In this document: positions 54,234 to 64,000 of the stretch, piece by piece
How the letters are laid out: each line of letters opens with the position of its first letter
How positions within the stretch are numbered: the first letter of the stretch is position 1
Notes under the pieces: generated by a model
Told to the model about the DNA's origin: nothing
Database searches by the model: none
The model's input: the letters and a program-made list of their open reading frames with translations, nothing else
DNA from: Fimbriosthenelais zetlandica
Taxonomy: Eukaryota
DNA length: 64,000 nucleotides
Direction: 5' to 3'
Assembly (NCBI GenBank): GCA_977030845.1
Contig: OZ365115.1
Span: 29,946,001 to 30,010,000 of the forward strand
Program-made: the position numbers and the translations under genes

Positions 54234-57047
54234 GTAAGTCTTCAATCCCAAAGTCCCTACCCTTGGCTGCCACAGTTAAATTGCATTGTCATTGATAAAA
54301 GCTGCTCATTTCAGTTGAAAATCACTAAACTATAATCCTTAAATAGTAATCTCATTATCATGGTACATCTTTGCCTCAGTGTCTGTATTTCAAATACCCT
54401 GTAGCCAGGGATGGATTGTCACGAATTCCTACTGCAATGGACCATTGCTATAGCACATCAAGCTGCAGTGCTATTAAAATACTCTCATTTGCCTCTAAAT
54501 TCTGGAGCCCATAAAAGAGCCCATTGTCATCATGCATATTTAACATGCAAGCATTATACCTGCAGCACATAAGATAGCATCCACAGCTTTTCCTTCCGGC
54601 CGGAACTTTTTTATCCCTCTATACTTTTATTGCCCCCAGAGTACATTATGCTACTTGCAATGCAATGGAGGATTGCTCAAATTGGTGCAGTATCTCAGAA
54701 ATTATCACAGGTATAAAGCACTTCAATTGAACCATCTGAGTTTAATGGCTCTGCACCATTCAATGTCTGATCGGTGCTTATCAAATTAATCAGGGATAAG
54801 CTGTCCCCCTCGTACCACATAGGATGGGGGCATTGATGATTTATTATATCTCAAACTTACATCGAGCTTCTATCTGGCGATTGTACTGGGGACAATTGGT
54901 GTATTTTCACTGGCATTATCAACTGGTCACCTCTTTTCCACTTTTAGCGTTTAATATATCTTGATATTTTTTGCTGTCTGGAACAGCCAACTGAACTGAA
55001 ACGACCTTCCTATCGCAATATCGGCGAACGGAATACTGTCTATTTTTGTATTGCTTATCAATAGTGTGGACCTATTTGATTGTCAAAGATTGCACTTCAG
55101 TATTGATGACTAGAACATAATATTTGAACCAGTCACCCTGTCCTCATCTTCAGGCCATATATCGAGCCTCATCCACAGTTGAAGTTTTTAATCAATATTC
55201 CATAGTTGGCTGTCTGAGCAAGAGCAATGAAAACATTTACTGACTCTGAACTTCTAGGACTATATAACTTTCATAAAAAATATTGACTGTGTCTGATAAA
55301 AAAACATTGATGTTCCTCTACTTTCACTTTAGATCATTTTGAATATCGGTGCTTGACTACTTCCTTGCTCTAACCTTGTCTGCAACGGAAATATAAAAAT
55401 CTGAGGAATGGTAGAAAATAGGGAAAAACTGTTCCCAAGAAAAGCATATGGATGCGAAACCTTTCACCCTTTTCACTCTAGTGACAGACTTACCACTTTG
55501 GAATCAAGGGATCCTGAGAAAACTTGAGTTCAGATGCTACTGGCAGTTCAGTGATGAAAGCTATGGAAATTAAAGAGCCATTGGTATGCATTTGGCAGGA
55601 GGAAGGGAAGGGACTCCCTGGGTTCCCCTCCTACATTAGGCACTTAAGCTTAAAATGACTTGGAACTCAAGAGATGTGAATGCATTGACTGGTCAATACT
55701 TTGAGTGGATTGCACATTTCAAGAAACCTTTCAGTTCTTCGTTTTTTTGTTCTAACGAAAGCGTAAGTAGGTTTCCTTTCCTCTCCACATATACATTTTT
55801 ATGATTACGTGCATACATAATTCGTTTCAAGTTGAGGTTTTTGGGGTCTGTAATGGAGTGGGTTGCTGGCCCTGAAGTAGCCTGATGCTGTCTCTGTTAG
55901 GTCGTTGCCCTCTGGCTCTACTTCTGATATTCTACATATAGTCATTTTTATCTGAGTTTCATCCGGGAAACTAGTGCCACATTAGTGACAGAATGTCTCC
56001 AGGGTACATAATAGAGCCTAATTAATAAAATGCAGTGATACATGTATGTTCATCGATTCCAAAATCTTATATGAGACCCGAGGGAAGAATGTATGTTTCT
56101 AAATAGGAAGATAACTGCACTGAGTGCCTTCAGATATCAATGGAGTCATTGATGGCGTGTGTAAATAACTCAGGCTCGTGTGTATCATCATTTAACCCTC
56201 AGTTGCCTGTATAGTTTGGCCTTTGTTGTGTGGCCCAGTATTAAACCCGTCAGGCGTGCCTGGTGATGATACAAGGAAGGAAGGCTGAGCTTTGAAGGTC
56301 TGAGAACAAACCCTTTACCCTCGACGCCCTGCCAAACCGCTCAGTTATCAGACTGGAACAGAGAAAGCTGGTACAAAAACCTCCCCCCATCCTTCCATCC
56401 TCTGGCTGAGGTAAGATGCATCACAAAAACAAACGTTGCTCCAAAGAAAATACCGGAAGGAATTCTCAATATCTTTTGTTACTATGGTAGAAACCGACTT
56501 GTTGCAGAGTTTTCAAGGTCCTATATTCTGTAAATCTGTTATGAGATTCATTAGAGAATAATTTTAGCCCCTTTATTCAGATCAAGTTGTATAACATTGG
56601 ATGCAGAATATAGGCTATATATAGAAGAAGCTGGCGTATTGAAAATTTAGAGCTGACAGCAGACATGTAGAAAAGCTCGGGGGAGGAGGAGAGTTGCTCC
56701 TCAGACTTATGACATGGGAACTGCTCGCTCATCTGACGGGATTAAACATGAGGTGACTTCAAACTTCATCTTTTCTGGAATATTCCACCACTGGGTGCCG
56801 GCAGAGGGGGTGGTGTCTGTCTAATAAAGAGCAAATCAAAGTTTGCTTCAAGAAGATTGAACCTCTTGTCTAGTCTGTGACAAGCCAGACTTGGGCGACT
56901 TCCTACTCTGCATTGTCTTATCACGTGGCTTGTTTCTGCCACAGTTCTGCTTATGGATTTCTGTCCACCTAAAATATGATCTAATCAATAAATTCCTCGA
57001 TCATTTCTTTGTCGTCAGCTATGAATGTAAAATACCTGGTTCAGCTC

Positions 57048-57921
57048 AAGCTATGGCCCAGACTGTGCCTCGAACCCGCCACCAGCTACCCTCACTACTA
57101 CACCCCTCAGGCAGTGCTGCCAGTGTGTATCTATAGCAGGGATGATGGAAGTTTGGGTCGGGGGGGGGGGGCGGTTTAGGCATACACGGAAGAGCCACCA
57201 GGGATAGTGTGAGAACATACTTGCATAAAACCAGTGAAGCGTGAACCACCCCCATCTGGGTAAAAGCTTAGAGTCGGGGGGCGGCTGTGGGGTGGGAGCA
57301 CTTGGTGGTGGGTTCGGTTCACTGGACGGACCTTAGCTTTCACACCTGCAGAACATGCTCTGCCGAGCACCTATTACATAGGGATTGGGGGTTTGGGGGG
57401 GGGGGGTTATTGTGGAGAGGCACTGTGGTAGTGGTACTAGTAGGTGGGGGGGGGGGGGGTGGTTGTTACTGATAGTAGCTGGTGAGAGGTTCGAGGTACA
57501 TGACAGGCATTAGCTTTCACACCTACAGCAGACGCTCTGCTGTGTGTCAGTTGGAGAGGAAGTGGGGAAGGGGGGTGGGGGTAGAGTTGGAAGCTACAAG
57601 CCAACCAATCAGGTGAACATGCATTGTATTTCAAAAGCACACGGGCAGGTACAAAGCTTCCCTGGGGGTCAAAAGTTAGGACATAACCACTGCCCACTGG
57701 TTAGTCACAAGCTGTGGTGCCTCAGCAATCATACACAGGGTGAAATCTTCACTCAGTTCAAACCGCCCCCCTTCACCCTCCGCTGTCCATAGCGAATAAA
57801 AGCTAAGCCCAGACCTGAACCCCGATCTCTCAAACCTACCCACACTGTCTCTATCCCTCTCCACTGCCCACTGGTCAGCCACAATCACTGGTGTAGGGTT
57901 AAATCACAGGGGTCAAAATCT
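57048..57921. repeat. Cluster of diverged direct and inverted 40-60 bp repeat modules interleaved with G-runs
   Basis: 57301-57363 vs 57478-57540 match at 45/63 ungapped positions. 57048-57089 vs the reverse complement of 57475-57516 match at 31/42. A second direct pair (ccactgcccactggt) starts at 57687 and 57861. Confidence 0.75.
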
Positions 57922-60099
57922 AATTACTATCATGATTAACAGAGTGAAAGTGGCCAATAATCCACCAGCAATAGCCCAATAGTCAAAAATGAAATATATT
58001 AACTTTTAGTCTCCCCATGGCTAATCCTTTCATTCTATGTCTAAATCATGTAGAACAACAATAGTCCGGCTTGGCTAAATCTATATATCGCATGCTACAT
58101 AAACCAGAAGGTCCATTTTATATCTGAAACTATAGTGTCAGCTGAAAATCCCGACTATCGTGTGATATTATAACGATATTCAAGATGGCCAGATTTCACA
58201 TTAATATTCTCCCCTCTCCGAGCTTAGCAAATCAAGAGGAGGTCCATGAAGTGAAAGGGAGGCTAATAAAGACCTCTTCTCACATCCCAGGCCCTCGTTT
58301 TAAGAGGTGCAGATTGTGCTATTGAGAGACCAATGCTTGCCAGATGCTCATATTATCGTGCCACGAACTACAGACACATGAAAAAGCTGCTGTCATTTCC
58401 TTGCGGGATCACGAGTAGAAATACCCTCGTCTGGAGCAAATCAAAGCTGCTCTCCCATTGCCCATCTCACGTGCCCATCAGCTTTTCATTACACCTTAGC
58501 TTTTAGAGAAGACTGTTTACCAAGCTTCTCACGAAAGTGGAAAGTTGATATTCAAAAGTCAGATATTCAGAGGAATTGGTGGTGGATGTATAACTGGCCC
58601 GTTGTACAACTGTCGTCTATGCTGACTCAATGGACGACAGTTGGTTGTGCAATGGGAATATACTGTAATATGAAGCATTTTCCACTTAGAAAAGGAGCAA
58701 CCATAGCGAAATTTTCCTCCCAATCAAGGCATGTATATGCAATATAGATTTCTATTAGTATATTAATTACATAGCAAACTCGAGTGATGGGTTCAAAATG
58801 AATTAATCACTGAAGACAATGGAGGTGTGTCGCTCCGGGAAGCTATGCAATAGAGGCCTCTAACGATAGTGATAGTAGCAAATATTGATTTTACACAGGT
58901 CATTGCTCCGTCCTAAACACTGCCTGCTTCACGCCATCATAGCAGTGATAAAACCCATGGCTCGGCCTCTGCTCTTTAACTCTTTAATCACCAGAAGGTT
59001 TGCTTGGCAAAATAGCCCCATCTTCAATGAATCAACCCAGATTTTGCCCCTATTTGGTGTCATATGTCATCCTGGAGTTTTGATAGCAGTTTTATGTGAC
59101 TTTGGTCTTGGTATAAACCTTCTGGTGTTACAGCTTTAACTTTGGGTTGGTTGTATAAATACAGGCTTGAAGCCCATGGGTTTAGCTGACATTTCCTGAA
59201 TAAGTATCAGTCTTGCCCTCAACTAATTCTCAAGTGGGACCAACCCGGTATAGGTGATGGACAAGGCTACTCCACAGGGGTTTTAAAGGACTCTCTGTTT
59301 TCATCTGTTTCCTGTACTGCTCCCTTAGGTCATTTTATGTTGCGGCAATGGCATCTGCTCTTTGATTGTGAGACAAGATTTAGAAATTGCCACGGTTTCA
59401 TTAGATCAAATAACAGACAAAATAGACAACCGTCTATTCCGGAATCGACGAGGGACATATATACCTGGCAATAGACCATCATACCCATGTATTTAAAACA
59501 CATATTTTTGCCCTTGATCAGTTTCTTCAGTAGCTGTCCACAACATGATGGAAACAATTGATGATCTGACAAAGAGGGTCATCCTATTGCAGACCTTTCC
59601 TTAGAGATGGGTGCTTATACAACACAGCCACCCTTTGTCCCTGCAGACACCTCGATATTGCTCAAATAGATCTGCTTTTCGTTTTTTACACTCCTGAGTG
59701 ATGCAAAATAACTGGTCTGCATTGACCGGTTATAAAATATGCTATAGTTTAGAGATGATTATACCATTGTGCCTAGTCATCTTTCCAAGCTTGAGGCAGT
59801 TACAATGGACTGTCAGTGCAAAGTATTCTGAGGTGTACTGGTCGCACACTATGATTGCATCGGTCTCATAAAATATTCAGTGGCAACACTCAATTCGCAC
59901 ACTGCCTGTGTGTTCGACCGAGCTCAAGGGACTGATAGTCTGAACACTTACTGTATTGGCTAGTGAAGGAAGCAATTAGTTGGAAATTAGTTAGAAACCT
60001 TCACAATGCCCCGGAGGTTCTAGAACCAGACAGAGATGTTAAGTAATCAAGGATGGGAATTTGTCCCATCCTTGTATCAAAATAAAGATAGCCACATAA

Positions 60100-60151
60100 G
60101 CTTGTAACTGTCTACTTCTGCTGTGTGGCTTGTAACTGTCTACTTCTGCTG
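60100..60151. repeat. Perfect 24-bp tandem duplication, period 28 bp
   Basis: GCTTGTAACTGTCTACTTCTGCTG at 60100-60123 and 60128-60151. Confidence 0.95.
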
Positions 60152-60645
60152 ACCATCTCTAGGCTGCTTATATGTCTCAAATAGAGCGCTATAATAGACA
60201 TAATAGTTATATGTCTAAAGTAGCTATAGTATATCAGAGTATGTAATATGATGTTTCCCCTTCGTTCCTCAATACAATGGCAGTATTTTCTCAAATACTG
60301 GCTTGTAATTGGAAATAGTTATCAGCTGCAGCAGCCAGTAGAAGATCTTGCTGCCTTCTGACTGATAGGCCACCTACTGGGGAAACCAGGAGGCAACAAT
60401 CCTCCTTTGTTAATACTCTTCCAACTAATTCCCTACCAGCAAAAAGACATGCAAACTAAAGATCTCCATTAACCATAATCACTCATAACCCCACCAATAA
60501 ATCCACTAAATCTTGTCATTAAGGTTGGACATTCTATTAAAGATGGTTCCTGTGAATTGCCTCCTTCAATTGACACCTCATTGAAATAAAACTAGTGAAT
60601 GATAGGGTGATACGGTATTTATAATGAGGTATTTTATGTTTTCAG

Positions 60646-60775
60646 ACACGGAGGCAGCAGTCACTATCCTCTCACACCTAATGTGGTCGTCCAGAACCCA
60701 AGCGAGATGTCCGATGAGATACTTCGACGTCAAGAAAGAGGGCGAGAAAGGGCCGTCCTCGAAGACCCCAATAAG
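60646..60775 (+). CDS. PPFIA: Liprin-alpha coding exon, (R)HGGSSHYPLTPNVVVQNPSEMSDEILRRQERGRERAVLEDPNK, phase 2-0
   Basis: Boundaries ttttcag| and AAG|gtaata, 130 nt, restores phase 0. The C-terminal LRR..RGR.....EDPNK resembles the vertebrate LRRPQKGRLAALRDEPSK. In frame with ORF 60683..60880. Confidence 0.86.
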
Positions 60776-62410
60776 GTAATATTAAACCCTTTTCATTTTA
60801 CAATCGTAATCCAGATTTTATTGCCCTTCAAATTTTTCAGTCAGGGTTTTAATGTCCAAAAGAGTAATATGAATGAGTAATATTTCATTGCTAATGTATA
60901 TTAAACAGGTGATATAATATAAATTTAAAAACATGTTTCCGCTATATTCTTATCTTAAGTTGGGAATAGCATGTCAGAAATAAACATACTGAGTGTAGGA
61001 AAGACTCCAGTGGTATGAGCTTCCAGAAAAACACATTCAGCCAGCTGACTAACAGAAAAATATCATGCATGTAAGCTACTAAAACACCTAAAACGATCCA
61101 AGAGCTTTAACTAACTGTATATTATCAGTACTGGGCAGAAGTAGCACTTTAGTGTGTAGATACTGTTAAAGGTCCAATGGCCTGTGTACAATGTTTCCAG
61201 TTCAGACCTTGTATATATATGTGCCGGTCTGGTCAAAATGTCCCCTGTTGGTTGTGACCTTTGGATAAGTATCTTCCTTGAAGATAAAGAATAAAGACTT
61301 TTCGCAGAATACTGTTGTACGTTACCGAGAATGGAAATAATTGAAGAATGGCTATACCTGCTTGCATACCAAGAGCTTTCGGGATGTACTTGTCAATATT
61401 AATCCTTGTTTCGGTGGTATGCCTTGCCTTACAAGTCAGGAGTTGGCTTTGGTGTATGGCTTCCAGGAAAAGCTTTGGAAATGTCTGACAAAGCTGATTG
61501 AATGTCAGGTTTATTTACTTCAGATTTTGATTGCCTTTTAGTAGGTTTGCCTTTTCCATGGTACAATACATTCGTGATACTGCTAACGTGTTCACAGGTA
61601 ACAATCTGATGATAATTGCATGTCAGAGAAAAAGAGAGGAATGCTTTCATTGAGGAGACATTGATAACCATACTGCAACAATGAAACATCTTTATTTGAC
61701 TGACCAGTCAGTCCTAAAATGAAGAATCTTAAACAAACTACACGTTTTATCTTGCCATTCTCTTGCCTTTAGTATGGTCTTAATGTTAAAACATGTGATA
61801 TTGGCAGCTAAATTATGTTGGAGCCATATAGATGCTCATCTGTGATTGTCCTGTCATTGTTTTTGTGATTGCTTGTCCATTGTTCCACTTGCTATTGTTG
61901 ATTACCTACTTTTCATAGTGTCATTTGTGATTGAGTAAATGGATAACCTATTCCTGCGATTCAATGAAAAAGTACTGCAAGCAATGACACTTCGTTTATG
62001 ACGTATGAGGACCTTTAGATTTATCTTTATTTGGTGAAACAAGTTGTGGGTTGATTTTCATGTTTTCAAGGATAGGTAAAGTTATAATGGCACTATCTGT
62101 GGGCGGCAGTCCATGGCAAACTTGAACAGAAAATGTAGTGTCTTAAACTTCTGCTTGGAATATGTGGAACACTTATTATGAAAAGAGGAGATTTATTGAG
62201 TCATATCCTGGCAAATAGAGAAATTTCTATGTAAAATTAAGCAATTAGGGCAATTTAATAGGTCCTCACTTCCGTATTCGTCACCCCATATAAAGTATGT
62301 TATAAAGAGAATGAAGGTTGAAAAATTATCAATTGGGAACAAAAGACCATACAGCCCTGGGTACCCTTGTTCTGACTCTGCCTCTTGTTGGTTGGTGCTG
62401 TTTCCTGCAG

Positions 62411-62542
62411 ATGTCTCTCATGACTGAACAGGAATGGGAGCAGCTCCAGCAGGCTCACCTGCTCGGCCTCCAGGCTCAGCAGCCCGGAGAAGCCGGGGAC
62501 GCTGTGAGCGCCGCCGCCGCCGTCATGAGCGAGGAATATATT
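62411..62542 (+). CDS. PPFIA: Liprin-alpha coding exon, MSLMTEQEWEQLQQAHLLGLQAQQPGEAGDAVSAAAAVMSEEYI (3' end uncertain: 62503 or 62542)
   Basis: EQEWEQLQQA matches the family EQ(E/D)WE..QQA motif. Acceptor tttcctgcag|. Two in-frame donors: GCT|gtgagc (intron from 62504) and ATT|gtgaga (intron from 62543). Confidence 0.85.
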
Positions 62543-62598
62543 GTGAGACCCACTTTCATCATACACTACTTTCACTTCTCTCCTGTGGAATCCCCCCT

Positions 62599-62620
62599 TA
62601 TATAATATAATATAATATAT
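62599..62620. repeat. Short (TATAA)n microsatellite
   Basis: tatataatataatataatatat read directly. Confidence 0.7.
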
Positions 62621-64000
62621 CCTATAGGTCCAACCTTAGCCCACCACTTGACCTGGTACTGCTCTCTTCTGACTCCAGTCTCAACTTTCTCGGTTTTGGT
62701 AGCCATTAAAAAGTATTCAGTAACTTTAACTGAGTGCAGAGCAATGGACCTAAAGCAGGTGGTTTAGACTACAGTTGGAATGCAGTCCCAGTGCAAGCAA
62801 GTACAGCTTTGCTACCTGGGCTATAGTACTCACCTACTTCATCCATCCCCTTTCAGTCATTAATTTCAATAATTCATGTTTTTCCATTAGATTTATGTGC
62901 AATCCATGTGATTTCATCTTCTCCATGGCTTTTTCTTAACCATTTTATATCTGTTCATCAGTGTGGTTTCTGTTGGAGTTCATGTTTGAGTTGATAATCT
63001 TTCAGGCTTGTAGCCTATTTGAATATTATTGTCTTGCAAAAGCATTTGAATTTTCTCCCCTGGTCATATTGCTTTTAGGACATCTCCTTCCTTAATATCT
63101 CTTAATCCATGTTGTAAATCAAGAACGCATTTAATTGAATTTTATATTCAATAATCGTCCATGTCCTACAAATTGGTGTGAACATAATGACTACATCATG
63201 CTTCTAACTTGTCCTCTTGGAGTCAATTTTAGTGGAACATAGATCTATACTAATGCATGTCTAGAATCAATTCATTATTGGAATTACATATACAAGTTTA
63301 TTTGATTCCTATTTGAGGCCCGTCAGGAAATGTTCTGACCCTGAATTTGAATTATTATTAACAAATTTTCTTCCTTCTAAACACTGTCTTTCCTAAAGAT
63401 AGTTCGAAAAAAGAGTGATTACTTTCCAACGCCATCAATGCTAAAAGCGAAACGCGTTTTGGATTATATTCCTTCTGAACAGTTAATGTAGTTAATTTTC
63501 TTTAGCCACAACTAATTGTTTGCCCCATAGTGTTTTATAAATACCTATTTTAAACTTTGTTATGCCCTATGTCAGGTCTTTTTCTATCCCTATTCTGTAT
63601 TTAATTTAGTTTCATGTCACTCCCAATTTCCACAACTATCAGTCCAATTTCCCTGCACTTTAAAACCTTGAGAATGAAGTGTTATAGAAAATAGAATGGA
63701 TGCTGCAGGCTTGTTATATGATGTGATATCAGGTTACTGAAAGGGACATGTTGAAGCGGGGCACGGATGTATGGAATTAGACGAGCACACATTGCCTATT
63801 TCACTAGTCACTAGATACAGGCCCAGGTGACGTGTTTGATATCACAGTGTATGACAATTTATCGTGTGTGGCAGTCTGTCGGACCTTGGGGACTTCGTAT
63901 GGTCTTGGTAGAGACGGTTTTTCTCCCATTGAATGACCCTTTTTGTCTGGCTGCATTGCTCCATTGCAATCGCATGGCTTTTCGTTGGAGTCTCTGCATA

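Noticed and set aside
56346-56416. Donor GAG|gtaaga in the phase-2 intron as a possible extra exon
   Set aside because: The nearby acceptors I checked give frame-shifting lengths (44, 50, 58 and 65 nt), and the flanking exons already join in frame.
57480-57500. GGTTCGA resembling a tRNA/SINE B-box
   Set aside because: There is no correctly spaced A-box and no cloverleaf. It is part of the local repeat module.

Overview
Eukaryotic (animal) genomic DNA, mostly intron. The window lies inside one large + strand gene, liprin-alpha (PPFIA1-4 / Drosophila Liprin-alpha / C. elegans syd-2 family), a presynaptic active-zone scaffold. I translated 12 internal coding exons by hand between 24598 and 62542. 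All have AG/GT boundaries and join in one frame (about 545 aa), covering the N-terminal coiled-coil region from EFSQLTKE to the TEQEWEQLQQA motif. The first coding exon lies upstream of the window. The DAQTLAMMLQEQL segment and SAM domains were not found and presumably lie downstream. The host is probably a marine invertebrate bilaterian, possibly a non-vertebrate deuterostome (inference from protein similarity and intron layout). The best novel candidate is a frame-preserving 24-nt microexon at 1047-1070 (SWDPRHFQ) with the cis-signature of SRRM4/eMIC-type neural microexons. Also notable are two in-frame splice donors on the last exon, two candidate alternative first exons, a cluster of diverged direct and inverted repeat modules at 57.0-57.9 kb, and several transcription-factor motif clusters. 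I found no RNA genes, CRISPR arrays, intact mobile elements or multi-gene systems. Almost all ORF-track entries outside the exons look like chance ORFs.
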